Shown here: one piece after another, positions 1 through 12,250 of the stretch
Numbering within the stretch: position 1 is the stretch's first letter
Layout: each line of letters begins with the position of its first letter
Notes under the pieces: generated by a model
Told to the model about the DNA's origin: nothing
The model's input: the letters and a program-made list of their open reading frames with translations, nothing else
Databases searched by the model: none
Assembly (NCBI GenBank): GCA_036172245.1
Contig: JAYWIR010000010.1
Location: 3,844,001-3,908,000 of the forward strand
Origin: Raillietiella orientalis
Lineage: Eukaryota
Direction of reading: 5' to 3'
Length of the DNA stretch: 64,000 bases
Position numbers and translations under genes: made by a program

Positions 1-922
1 CCGACTCTCTGCTCCCGCGCAGCTCCCTTCCCTTCCCTCCCTCCGTTCGGACGGAGGAGAATCCGCTCTGGATGGCAGGAGTCTGCGCTTCCGGAGCGCT
101 CCCGCCCGACCTCCCGACGGGATCGAGTAGCAGCGTCGGACCGGAAGAAAGCGAAAGTGGCGGCAGGATGGGCAGGCGGCGCGCCGTTGCTCTTGCCCCT
201 CCTCTCCCGGAGATAACAAAAGCACGCCGCCGCTCAAGGCGCTCTTTAACCCCTTTCTCCGTCCCGTCTCGAAGGACTCCATTCAGCCTGACTCCACCGT
301 CCACCTCCAGCGGGGAAGTGATCCGCGCACTGACTAGCTCGCTCGCTCCAGATTCCAGGCGCGGACGCGAGAAGGTCGTTTGCTGGCGGGAAAAAAAAGA
401 GATGGGAGGGAGGGGCCGCCCTCGTGGACCACGGGCTCCAGTCCCTTGTAGCTCTGGAAGGAGCAGAGGAGGATGTGCCCACCTCTCCTCCGCGTGCCTC
501 CCGCCGGCATGACGGTGAGGCCGGCTGGCGACCTCTCGGCCGGAACCGCATGCGGACAGGTTCGATGTATTCGCAGCGTCGTCCTTGATAACACGCGGCG
601 CCTCTCCCGCGATCCGGCAGTTCGAACGGGGTAGGCAGGGAGGCTGCGGGCAAGGCTCCCCTTCCAATTGGATTTCTCTTGTGTCCCCGAATTTGGTTCT
701 TCTTCCGGCCTCGGCTCGTTGCGGAGGTGCCGAAGTGGGAGTGGCGCTCTGCCTGGCCCGCGAACCCCAAGGGAAGAAGGCAGTGGGAAGGGGGTGGAGA
801 GAGGGGGGCGACCAGAAGTTTCGGTAAAGGGGTGGGAGGAAGAAATACCTTCCCGATCGGAGTCCCGGATGCCTTGTCTCCTTCCGGGGATGCGCGAGCG
901 TGGGTGAGCGTGGGAACCGTCG

Positions 923-952
923 GGAAGGAAGGAAGGAAGGAAGGAAGGAAGG
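923..952. repeat. (GGAA)n microsatellite
   Basis: Directly visible tandem GGAA units. Confidence 0.95.
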
Positions 953-1688
953 GCGCAGGTGGTTGGGGAGCGCCAGGAGGCTCACGACCGCTGCGACCTC
1001 CGCGTCCGCACTCTTCGGAAATGCGCGGAAGAGTCTGCCTCCTGCCGGCCCGTCGTCCTCCTTCCTCCATCGATCGTCCTCCACATACGTCCTCGTGGCA
1101 AGCTTTCTCTCGCGCGGGCGGCGTGGGTGCTGCTGCTGCCGCCTGGGGAGGAAACCGGAAAGGAGCGGCGGCGGCGGCCGGCCGGCCGGTGACTTGGGAT
1201 CTGCGCGTGCGCAGATCTCGAGGTGCTGATGTCCAGCGAAGACGAAGAAAATGACGACAGGCGATGGCGAAATGAAACGACGTGATCACATTAATGCGGA
1301 CGCAAGGATGATGCTAATGATAATGACGGCCATGTGATAATGATGGGAATGGAACGCTGCTGCTGAGGACGTTGATCACGACGTGATGGTGATGCTGGTG
1401 ACGACGGGAACGACAGCGGTGCCACGACTGTGATGATTTGCTGACAGTGTGATGACGACGTTGATGAAAAAACATGCATAAGAAAGAAAGGGGGAAAAAA
1501 AAGATGGGAGAGGGAGACAGGGGTGGACGGCGGATTTTTTTTTCCGGAAAAAAAGGGAGAGGCGCTGCCCGTTGGCGTGGTCAGAGTCATTTTTTCACCC
1601 CTCCGGCTGAAGGCACGCATACCTTAGTGGACTCGTTATCGCTCCGGCCAATTATCTCTTAATTGCGTGTTCCGAAATCCAATTAATC

Positions 1689-4200
1689 CGCTCCCGGGCA
1701 CGACGATGCCAGGCAGATAATTTAAATTGGTGTCTGCCTGCCTCAGGTTGAGCTGGAGGGGGAGCTGCCGCGCATCCGCCCCCGTGGTAGCGGCGGCGGA
1801 TGTGCGCGCGCGCGTCCGCCCGCTGAGTTTGGCCGCCAGGTGCGTCTCGAATCTTCCGAGCGCACCTTCCTTCCCTTTCCTCCTCCTTCGTATCCAGTCC
1901 GTCCCTCCCTTCTCCCAGGATAAGCAGGGGGTCGGAATTCCGTCGGACAGCGCCGCCGGCGTACCTCCCCTTTCCCCCCCCTCCGGATCGGGTCGCCCGA
2001 GATGACGAGGCGTATGGCCTGAGGAAGCAGCCGTGAGATGTGCGCTGCGCTAGCGCGGGAAACGAGCATGGGGGATCCTCCATGCAGATGGGAAAGGGAG
2101 AATGGGGGATGGGGGGGGGGTTGACGTCTGCAGTGTGCTCGCGCGAGCGGGCGGCAGCAGCTTCCTAGAGAAGTCCCGGCTTCCTGGAAATGCAGAGGGA
2201 GCAGAAGGGAAAGAAATGATTCTGGCGGGATTCTCCGAGGGCGTGCCGAGGTTCCGGGGTGCTGGGACTGCGGTCAAGCCGCGTTTCCTGCTTCTGGGCT
2301 CTTCGGACCAACCTGCTGCTACTGCTGTTTCTCCTCTTGCGAAGAGCAAGAGGAAGAAGGAGGGGGGGGGGAGAGGAAGAGGAAAAGGGGAGGAGGAGAA
2401 GGAAGGAAGAGGAGGAGGGAGGGAGAAAGGAGGAAGATGCAGGAAAGGTAAAGGAAGGGTAGGAACTACACCTGGGGCGACGGATCTACAGCCTGCGTGC
2501 AGAGTGATTGTGGAGATGACAGGCACTACCATCCCAGAGGAGCAGGGCTGGTGGTAGGTGGTGTTCAGGAGCAGGTCTCGAGGAGGTGAGACGAAAGGGA
2601 AGAAGCTCCAGGAGAAAGTGTTACCCGTCTCGCGTCTTGTTCTTTTCCTCTCTGGGAAAACTCGTCTAGGGCAGGGAAGGGGGACCCGACGCGGAAACGA
2701 CCTGTGGGGAGGAGGAGGGATGCTGAGCCGGGAGGAGCAGTAAGCAAGCGGAAAAGGAGAGGAAGAATGGAGGCGGATCGTCTGAGTGGAACGGACGCCG
2801 ATCGCTCCCGTTGCTATCGCGACTCTTCACTGACGTCCCGATGTTCCAGCGTGTCAGCCCGAGTAACGAAGTCGGGCGGACTGATCGTTAGCAGCGCGCG
2901 AACATCCGTCACCAAGCAACTCTTGCATGAAGCATCGGATAAATTGGGTCCTCTGGTGATTCATTAGGCTTTCCCAGCTTCCCACATCTCCACGGCGACG
3001 GCGTCCGTGGTGGCGGAGGAAGGGCGTGTGCGGCGGCGGGTTCGAGGAAGGAGAACCGCCGCGGGAAGGGCGAGACGGAGGAGCCCACGGGCAACATTGG
3101 GAACATTTCCGAGGACGTGCTTTCCTTAGAGAGCCTCTTTCCCGGTGGGATGGCAGTCTTGGGATGCAAGAAGCGGCCATACTAACAACCCCCTCTTCTG
3201 TTTCCCCCTAGGAAGTATCAACATTCTCCTCTTCTGCGGGGGAGTCAACATGGCCGCCGGCGCGCGCCCATGTCGTCGCTCACTTGACGGAGCCGGACGG
3301 AGGAAAGGTCGATCCTACGCGAGGTCTCCTAAATGAGCTCTGGAGGAAGCACCCTCGGGGGATTGTAAGTGAGCAGAGGGTCGGTACTGCCGATCCTCCT
3401 GTACAGACGGGAAGTCCTTCGACTGGAGCTTCGGCAGCTCCGTAGCAGGAAGAGGAAGCTTGCATCCGGACGTCGTGGGACGTTCGACCCTCGGACTCTG
3501 TTCGATGCTCTGGGCGTCGAGGAGTCCATCTGATGCTGGGGATGCCCAGTGAGGGGACCGCAACCGGTCATGCTGCTCTCGTGCTTCTGTAGGTGCGAGG
3601 TGATCTCCGGAGTTTACTAGCTACTCACCGTCCAGCTCGACCTCGAAAAGAGGGGTGCGGTATTGAGGAAGGATGCTGCCTCAGCGGCGCTCTTGGCGAC
3701 GTGATGGAAGATGTCGGAGGCTGGGACGGACATCCGTCGGTAGGGAGCAAGGCGAGCGGTTCCCACGTGGAAAGGGGTGAAGGGGAAAAAAAGGGGGCTC
3801 TCGAAAGCGAAAGAAGCTTCCCCGCCACCCCTCCATCCTCTTCAATCTGGAGGCTCTCTGTATCCTGGGAGCCGCCTTCGGGAGGAGGCCACTCGAGTGT
3901 GCGTGCCGGTCGCTCCTGGCAACTCCCTCGTTCGAGCGAGCCGGGCTCAGAGGCTCATGAGACGGCGGCCTCTCTGAGGCTCCTCTTTGGAGAGGCGGAA
4001 GCCAAGAGGCGCGGCTTCGAAACCCGAAAGGTGGCTGCTGACCCTCGCGACCTTTTGGTCGCGAGGGTCCGCTGATGGTATGGCTCGGACCAGAGGAGCG
4101 GCTGCTGTTGTGCGTCGGAAGGCACGAGCGGGATCCGAGGTACCGAGAGGCTGCTAAGCAGCGGGAAGAGAGCACTGAGCCGTCTCGGACGAGGACATCT
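1689..4200 (-). mobile_element. Decayed non-LTR retrotransposon (LINE) copy A: RT core, thumb, CCHC remnant, 3' end
   Basis: Minus-strand frames give RT motifs in canonical order across frameshifts: ASPASDGL (APGPDG-like, ~3540), DRQYRPSAHL (YRPISL-like, ~3385), QSSFRRPRVGST (QxGFR..RST, ~3320), LPVGSSVSP (PQGS.LSP, ~3085), ATTDAVAV (YADD-like, ~3000), LMNHQRTQFI (~2950), LRYSG (KYLG-like, ~2860). Thumb PFVSPPRDLLLNTT (2470-2700) is homologous at DNA level to 5180-5400. CCHC-like LGTPSENPARII at ~2230. Degenerate terminal motif at ~1689-1727. Confidence 0.7.
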
Positions 4201-4204
4201 CGAG

Positions 4205-7200
4205 TGCCATCCAGGGAGATTTATTTAAAATAAATAGCTAAAAAGATAAATAAATAAATAAATGGCACCATTTTTTCTTTATGAAACGAGCGGGTCCAAC
4301 TCTGGGAATGGCCAACAGGAGAGAGAGGCCCCATAAATGCGAGGAGGACGGAAGTCTCCACTTGTATCCTGCCCCCTGATCCCATACCGGAGGCACCAGG
4401 CTCTCAGTCCTCCTGATTCTTAGCACCCTTGCAGCCGCTGAGCCCCCCCTTTCTCTCTGCTACCCGTTGCGTGAAGACGTCCAGGTCTTCTTCCGTTGGC
4501 GAGCCGCCTCGACGCCGCGGACGCCCCACAGGTCGTGACCGCAGCGACTGGAGAAAAGTGTATTTCGAGCGAGGATCCGCTGTAAAGGACGACCCCAGGG
4601 CAAACATCCTTGGGGCGCCGCCGTCTCTTCTGACTCCGAGGCCCTCATCTGAGTCCCGGCACAGAAGGAGGCACGGAGGGGACTCCCGCACCCTCGCGCA
4701 GCTGCGGCGTGGGACTCCTTCCCCCTCGTCTCCCTCTTCCGTAGGGTGACAAGGGTTCTTCCCTCTTTGTGCTGCTGCGAAAGAGTTCCCTGGGGCGGGA
4801 GCAGAGACCTCGCTCGCCGGTCGCAGAAGAGGAATAACGGGGAGCCGACCAGGCGCGAGGGAAGGGGACCCTCTTCTCGAGCTCTTCTCGAGAGAGGTCC
4901 AACAAGGCCACCCGGAGCCTTGAGCCCGCCAGATCGAGGTCTCCGCTTCGGGCAGCGGCGCGAGTGGAATGGTGGCGATCAAGTCTTTCCATAGCTGCCC
5001 CGAGGCGTTCTCCTGCACGGCTTCTCAACTCGGCCCGCCTCGTCTCATCTTCGCACGGGGACGCTGGCGACAGCGAGCGGTTTCCTTGGATGAGATAGTG
5101 GCTCCTGAGCGTCGCCAAGTGAAACGACGGAGCCTGCGTCGAGATGAAGAGAGCGCGCAAGGGGACGGTCCAGCTTTCTGTTCCTGGGGCGACGGACCTA
5201 TGGCTTGCGTTCAGGGTGAACTATCGAGATGACAGGCATCATCATCCCAGAGGAGCTATACTGCCGGCAGGTGGTGTACAGAAACTGGGCTCGGGAGGGC
5301 GAGACGAAAGGCGCCGGGAGAAAGCGGTACCCGTCTCGAGTCTTGTTCTTTTCCGCTCCGGGAGAACTCGTCTGGGGCAGGGAAGGGGGACCCGACACGG
5401 GAGAGGGCCCGTGAGGAGGAGGAGTAAGAGGAGAAAGAATGTGGAAGGAAAAGGAGAGAGGGAGAAAACCTCGTCTTGTTCACCACTGCCACTTGCAGGT
5501 GGAATAGGATTTCCCGGAAGGAGTTAGCCAGCAGGTCCCCAAAGGGACGGATCTCCCTTGTGAGGGTGCCGCTGGGAAGCCCCTCCCTGCGATGGGGGCG
5601 CAGCCTGTGGCGCACTCCAGAAGTGCGCGGGCTCTCGAGGAAGCGTTTCCGGGGCTGGCCGCCGCAAGCGCGTTTCCCTGAGGATCCTCTCTATGGAAGG
5701 GTGATGACTTTCCTCCTCTTCCCGGAGGAGGGAGTCCCTCGTGCACCCCCCAGCGACGACAGCCGGATGCGAGCAAAGGAAGGATGGACGCATCGGTCGG
5801 GAATTCGCGAGATGTCGAAATTCCTTGAGAGACTCCCGGAAAATCCTCCCTTCTTCTCCGGAAACCTGAAAGGAATATTCAGGTGCGGCTTCGTGCTCCA
5901 GCAGCGGCTCTCTTAGCGACGCGATCCGTCTCTAGGTAACCATTATGTTTCGGGACCTGCCTCCTCCCGCGCCGAGGCGGGAAAAGGAGGCGACCTTGCT
6001 CTTCCGGGAGGGAGGGCACGTGACTTCGATGGACCCTAGGAAGGAGGACCAATGTCGTCCTTGTCAGACAAGAAAGAAGAGAGAGTCGAGACTCTCTCCG
6101 GAAGCTGTGGGCAGACGGAAACCAGTGGCGCCATCTGTATGGCATGAGGCGGCCAGAAGGCGCCAAGCAGAGCGAAGCGCAGTGAGCGCGGGCGTTCGCC
6201 GCGGGGTCGATCTCTTCGCGAAAGAGCAGCCTCCCAGAGTACGAGGGTTCCCATGGGATTCCGACGAGTGCACTCGGTTTCAGCGTTCCCTGAGGGCGAG
6301 CGATAAACAAGGCAGTGGCGCCCCGTCGCGGCGAAGACGGACAACCGACTCCGGGAAGCTCGTGGACCAAGGAATCTGAAAGCCAAAGATCTTTCTTGTA
6401 GGCGCGTGTCCTTCGGGCTGAAGAGGGTTCTCTGGACTGTCCGCGTGGACGGCGCTGACGACCACACGACCGTCCTCGCCCTGCCACAAACTGAAGCCGA
6501 ACTGCGAGATCCATTTACGTTCGAGGACCACGGGAGGACCCTCTTGAGAGCTCTGAGATTTCGGAAGGGCTCTATGATGATGTCAACGGAGGAAGGAGGT
6601 GCCCGGGGGATGGAAAACCTGGAGTCAAGTGCTTCTTCGTGAGGTGGCGCGAGCGACCAGCCCCGACCCCCCAACGAAGAGAGTGTGTGCGCATCTCCCG
6701 CCTTCAAGAAGGGAAGAAGGACGGATGATGATAATGATGATGATGATGAGGAGGAGGAGGAGGATGGAGATGATGATGAAGAGGAGTTAGTGGCGTTCCA
6801 GATGAGTCGCTCGAGGTCAGATACCCTGCAGAGGAGGGTAACTGCCGTCATCTTGCTCATTGCACTGTCCGTTAGTCAGAAGGATTGATCTGGTTTCACC
6901 ACCAGAAACTCCCCCGGCGCCACCTGGTTCTGCTACGTCGACGGCAGCAATGCCGCCCTCCCGGAGGCAGCCGACCTTCGGTTCGACTATTCCAAGGAGG
7001 AGCAGCGGCTGCGCGACCCGCGAGTGCAGCGGGCCCACCCGTAGCCGCGGTGACGAGCCCGGGCTGTTCGTGCGGGGAAGCTCGAGTTTCGCGGTGCGCC
7101 TGCCCCGGAGACGCGGCGCAGGCTACGCGGGGAGAAGGAGCGGTGACGGAGTCGGCCTCCGCCCGGGGAACCCACACTCTGGGTGCCAGCAGACGGACGT

Positions 7201-7600
7201 CGGGATGCAGACGTTCGCCGGGAAGACCGCATGTTTTCCCTTCTAGCCATCAAGGTCGGAGAGAGAGAACAGGAGGAGGAGGGACCAGAGTTATGCAGGA
7301 TGCCCGTTCGAAGGGCGAAGCTTCGTCCAGGCGCTGCCGAGAGTTGCAGCCGCTTCCCCGCGTGATAGTCTGGAGCATGAGCAACCGGGAGAAGCTGTTC
7401 CTCAGGGACTCGACTAGCCACGGTGGGTTTCTTCGGATGGAGAGACGCCGTCCTTTCCCATTGCCCGAGGAGGCCTCTTTTTCCTCGCTCCGTGAGCAGT
7501 GACAAGAGTGCCCAAGGCTCCGTTGCCTCGCTGCGGTTCGCTCCCGATCCAACGGAGCCTGCCCAGAGCAGAGGGGTGCTTTTGCCTAAGAATGAGGCAA
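4205..7600 (-). mobile_element. Decayed LINE copy B: ORF1 knuckles, APE endonuclease, RT core deleted, thumb, CCHC, 3' end
   Basis: ORF1 knuckle remnants at ~7380 and KTCGLPGE at ~7220. APE motif I-like WSSNVNGSRS (~6520), DLWLSDSLVHELPG...RGATALFI (~6390-6300) and LFPPRRG (~5980). Thumb PFVSPSRAQFLYTT (~5290), LWKDLIATIP (~4985), CCHC-like RSCARVRESPPCLLLC (~4690). AT-rich 3' UTR ends in a degenerate terminal motif at 4205-4225. Confidence 0.7.
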
Positions 7601-8779
7601 AAACTCAAGACAACACCCAGTCTCTTTCTTCCCAGTCTTCAAAGTCTGGATGTTGGGGAGCACCCTTCTTTGCGCCGTGGTTACGTCTCGACAGCGACTT
7701 GTTCAGCTCTTCGTCGGAGCAGGTGGCCGATGCAGGTCACACTTGGGTGATACGAGACCTTTTCTTGTCGCGCGTGCTACGTCCCCGGCCAATTCCAGCA
7801 ATTCAGCTGCCAAATACTCCCCTGAAGCCACCAGAAGATACACAAAAGCTGCAGCAGCACCGACGCGCTCTGCGTCGTTTCCCTCACGCGGGAGCTGGAG
7901 GATGCGACTCCGACGGGAAGCTGCAAACCCGCGCTTCCCGTCTCACTTGGCCTCGCCTCTCGTGTTCTCTCCTCTGCCCCCGCATCCTGGTGGCTGGCGC
8001 AAGATTCAACTACAGGCTACACCAACGCGCAAGCACGCCAGCGGAGAAACGCGGCGGTGGTTCGGCGGAGGTGGCATGTTCTCTCGATTCGCTTGCGCCC
8101 TCAACCTCATTTGCCTGCCGCGTGTGTGCCCAGCCCCTGGATGCAGTGTTTGAGGTGTTCTGTCCTCATAGCATTTTCTTGACTACCGGCGCTCCGCGTA
8201 TCGGCAGCTGACGCTCTGATGGGTGGTAATGGTGGTGTTTGCCTTCGTTGCTGTGCTGTTGCTCTTCGTGCGCCGGAAGGACGGCCCCTTCCCCCCTTTC
8301 TGAGCGAAGGGACGGGAAAAGAGCTCCTACAATGGGCGCGGCTGCCATTGGTGGTGAAGAAGGAGAAAGGAAGGTCTACGTGGAGGAAGGTGGGGAGACT
8401 GATCCCTGATTCCCAATGGGGGTCTCCTCTTTCGGGACTTCGTGGGAAATCCTCCTACTTTCCCTTCTTCTCTTCCTCCCGCTCTTCGAGATTATCCTCG
8501 GCGCTGGACGAAGCCTCCCGCCTGGGATGGCCGGATTCCCCTTCCTTTGCGCTTTTTGTTCCTGAATGGGGTGAGGGAAGGGAGGCATCGTTCCTGTGCC
8601 CACGCGTCTCACTTTTGTCCGTTCTTCCGCTCAAAACGGGCCGCGGAAAGAGGATGACCCGGAACGGTGAGGAGATGAGGAAGGGCTTGCCCTCTGCCTC
8701 CTTGCATCTTCTCGCCGTGCTCCAGGGGTTGGATGAAAGTACAGATCTCGCCGAGACGCGGAGGGGAGGACCCTGACGA

Positions 8780-9450
8780 TCTCCAGGACCTCGTGCACGA
8801 GCTCTAGCCTTCGCCGCGGAGGGTTCGGGATGGAGGACCCGTTCGCAGGTTCAGGTGAAGGACGCGCGTGCGCAAATGGAAGGTCATGGCCACCCGCGGG
8901 AGGTGTTCTGCCTCCTTGCAGGAAGCGCCGAGAGGACTTTCGGCGATTGCATCCGTGGGTTGCACCCGTGGCATGGTCACGCCCCGCCACGTGCTGGTGA
9001 CGACGACACAACGGAGGGAGATCACCGGGATGGCAGTCGCCTACATGAGGGCGGCTGCGAGGTGGCCTCACCTGCAAGAGGATATCGCGCCGGCACCCAG
9101 CGCCGGTTTGGAAAGTCAGAAATGGCGGACGCCGGTAGTGGCCCTTGTTTCTTGCCTCCTTTTTTTTTTCTTTTCTCATTCCCCACTCCCTTTCGCTCCG
9201 GAACTTTCCCCATTTTTTTTGACCCTCGGCACATACGGAGAGAACCCAAAGATCCCTGTCTCCCCACCCCCACCACCCCCTGGGTGTCTTTTTTTGTCAT
9301 CCCTCCCCTGTTCCAGACTTTTGGAAACCCCGACCTGCGTTTCAGTGGACCTCCCACTCCTCGAACTTCTTTTGTCTTTGGTTGGGGACCAGTGCGTTCC
9401 CAACCGGTTTATTTTTAGAAAATAAACGCCCCAGCATAACCATGTGAAAA
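8780..9450 (+). mobile_element. 5'-truncated LINE copy C (CCHC region, 3' UTR, terminal motif)
   Basis: MVTPRHVL...RREITGMAVAYMRAAARWPHLQE aligns with the 14940-15065 region at DNA and protein level. T-rich UTR, then AATAAACGCCCCAGCATAACCATGTG at 9421-9446. Confidence 0.75.
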
Positions 9451-11200
9451 ATTTTGGACGTTCCAAGAGGCTGCTCTCATGGACCCCTCACACGCATCAG
9501 ACCTCCAGGAAGAGGCTGCTCGCATTTCTGCACCCCCTCAGGGTCTTACATCCTCCTGACCTCTCTCCCTGGCCTTGGAGGAGGGAGGGAGGACGTGGAG
9601 TGCTCTGTGCGGCTCCAGGCCTCCAGGAGGAGCTCTCTCGAGGGTTTGCCGCTGCCACTGAGGTCAGTCCCCACGCGTCGTCGTCCCTGATGTCTTTTTC
9701 TTCTCTTCCTCCTCATCTCCGGAACGCGACTGACCTCTGTCGTGTCCTTCTGGTGCGAACGTGCTCCTTCCACTGGGTGGCAGAGAGCGTCACCCGTCCT
9801 CGGAGCCGGTCGCTTCGGCAGAAGAGTCGTTCAGCACTTCTCGAAGGACTCCCGTGGCTGTTGTCGCCCTCCCGCGCCCATGGAAACGGGCTGCCGCCTC
9901 GCATGGGATGCATCGAGAGTCGTCACATCGGATGCTCGCAGCTTGAAAGCCCTGAAGCCGGTCGGTCTCTGCTTGCTCCAGTGGGCCGGTCGCCAAGTAG
10001 AGGCGCTTGTGAGCTCCAGTAAGGAGTACAGGGGACTTCCGATTGACGGTCACGTGAAGCATATCCTCACAGACCGCTTCCTTCCACGACGAAATCCCAG
10101 GCGCGCCTGGCTACCGTAAAGGGAAATTCCTTGCTTGCCTGCCATGTCCGACGAGGGAATTTCCAGGAGCGGATGACGGCTCTGCCAGCATCCTCTCCTG
10201 GAACTTTCTCTGTCCTCGTCCTTCACGTCTATAGCTTGCCATCCTGGCTGCCACCTCCGGCTAACGCCACTCTTCTTGAGATCTCTCCCGTCTTCCGATT
10301 GCTGCTGAATTGGCACGTTTTGGCTTCCTCCGAGGTACGGCATGCGCCTACAAGGGAGCGCCTTCCCCAATCGCCAAGAGATGGCAACTGTAGTTGCCCA
10401 TTAAATGCTCCTCGAGGGCTTCCGGGAGCTGAGAAAGCGGCTCTCGGCATCTCCGTGGTGATCTCAAGCCGGCTTCGCTGCGACGGTCTCGTTCTCTTGC
10501 CGGCCGGCGGCGGCGCGATTTCGGCGCGCAGACTTAATCTCCTCCTCGGAGCGTGTCTTATCTCCCCCTTCTTCTCTTTCGTCCGGATGGGGCTGGAGGT
10601 CGGAAGAATGGGTCTCGACACCGGTCTTTTCGAACGGGGTTTGGCGGCGGCCGTGGAGGGGCTATCGGTCGCATTCCGAGCGACGCTTGCCGCACGTTCG
10701 AGTTTCGGTTTCGTGACCTCTGACCCCCGCCGAGCTCTTTTCCTTCTTTCTCTTCGTTTTCTTACCCCCCCTCCCTCTTACTCCCCCTTTTTTCCCACCT
10801 CTTTAGCCCGCCTACTGGAATCGCGCCGATCGCGGGTCTCCCGTTGCCGCCTTCGGCCCAAGAGACCTCTTCCCTCGGGTCCCCTTGCAAAGGGTGAACC
10901 TGCGTGGAGTTCCGGACCATACGTCACTAGCCAGGTTCGAACCAAAAGGTGTAGGCGTCCTCGGGTCCGGTCTGGAGGCAGCATCAGCAGGCGTGGACGA
11001 CTGCCTTTTTCCTCCTTCGGCGCCTTTCTCAACGGGGTCGGAACGTGGGAAGACGGCGGCACATCAGTGGGAGTTGCTGCTGCCGTGGGCGGCGTATAGC
11101 AGGTCGGGATCCTCCGTCTGGCATCCTAGCGAGCTTGGGGCACTGTGGTCCTCCACCTCCTCCTCCTCCTCTTCGGGCCGTCCGGATTGGAGATCGCCTC
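9451..11200 (-). mobile_element. Decayed LINE copy D (ORF1 knuckle region and APE, 3'-truncated)
   Basis: Knuckle-like C*CCLQTG at ~10990 resembles the remnant at ~7380 and is followed by a basic K/R-rich tract. APE-like SLPPPRPGR (~9580) parallels LFPPRRGRR of copy B. 9705-9735 matches 11815-11845 exactly over 31 nt. Confidence 0.5.
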
Positions 11201-11595
11201 CAGCATTTTCTCTTGTTCTTTCTTCTGAGTTTGCCTGAGAGACCTCGTTCGGAGCACCAAAGCAGGCGAGGCAAAGGAAGGAGAGCGAGTACCGAGGATT
11301 GGCCCATCACCAACATCCGTCAGAGCGATAGTAGGATCCAGAAAGCAACGGGAAAGTCAGCACTGAGTTGAGTATCCCTAGGCAACGGAAGGGCGCATCG
11401 GGAAGGAAATGGTGTGGTCCAACAAATGCTGCTGTAGAGAGGTGTCTACTGGAACCGCAGGTTGAGCCACCTCCAGCAGGGATGAGGAAAGCCTGAGACC
11501 AAGCCGCCAATGGAGGATAAAACGGAAGGGGCAGGCAGACGGCGAAGATGACGGAGAATCCCCTGGTCAATGGCCGCACCCCCTGGCACAATATT

Positions 11596-11772
11596 TCATA
11601 AGGAGGAAAGAAGGAGGGTGAGGAAGAGCAAGAAGAAGAGGAAGAAAAAAAAAAAAGAGGAGGAAGGAAGAAAGAGGAAGAAAAGAAAGAAAAGAGGAAG
11701 AGGAAAGAAGGAGAAAGGAAGGAAGGAAGGAAGGAGAAAGAGGAAGGAAGGAGACAGGAAGAAAGAGGAATA
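11596..11772. repeat. GA-rich low-complexity tract
   Basis: Almost pure purine tract; it generates the spurious K/R/E-rich and F/L/S-rich ORFs. Confidence 0.9.
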
Positions 11773-11809
11773 AGCATGGAAGAGTTCCCTGGAAGAAGGC
11801 AATCCCTGA

Positions 11810-12250
11810 ATTGCCTTCCTCCTCATCTCCGGAACGCGACTGACCGCAGGAGGAGAGCGACAATGATGGTGCCGTCCTGCTTGTTCCTACTCCGCGTGGC
11901 GAGGAGCAAAGAGGGGGGAGGGACTGCTGCTTTGCCGCCTTCGCATCCTTGAGTTCCTCTCATCCGAAGACCCCGGTTCTAGATGCTCTGGTCGGCAGCG
12001 TGCATCCAGGCGCGTGCGTACGTGCAGGTGCAGCAAGCAAGCATTCTGTGAGGCGTCCAACGCAGGAACGCGAGAGTGTTGGCGCTTTCGGGGGCGACCC
12101 GGATCGCCTGTCAGTGGCGTGTCATCTTTTCCTCGTCCTTTTCCACTGGTTGTTTCCCGATTTCCCGCTTCTATTGTGTGTCCCGTACGGCGTGCCGGAT
12201 AAATCACTCGTAATGATAGCATCTGATCTGATTCTCTCCCTCGCTCGACG
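11810..12250 (-). mobile_element. LINE fragment E (probable APE region)
   Basis: CTTCCTCCTCATCTCCGGAACGCGACTGACC (11815-11845) is identical to 9705-9735 inside copy D. Extent beyond this match is uncertain. Confidence 0.4.

Noticed and set aside
620..800. Possible second copy of the hairpin array (GGGCAAGG, GAACCCCAAGGG, GCCGAAG units)
   Set aside because: Only short scattered similarity with no regular period; cannot be supported by eye.
246..1289. 347-aa minus-strand ORF and the many other long GC-rich ORFs in the track
   Set aside because: R/P/G/S-rich low-complexity translations overlapping in several frames, with no domain. Expected from GC-rich decayed repeat DNA.
6685..6888. Acidic D/E-rich ORF
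   Set aside because: Product of a (GAT)/(GAG) simple repeat on the antisense strand of LINE copy B.
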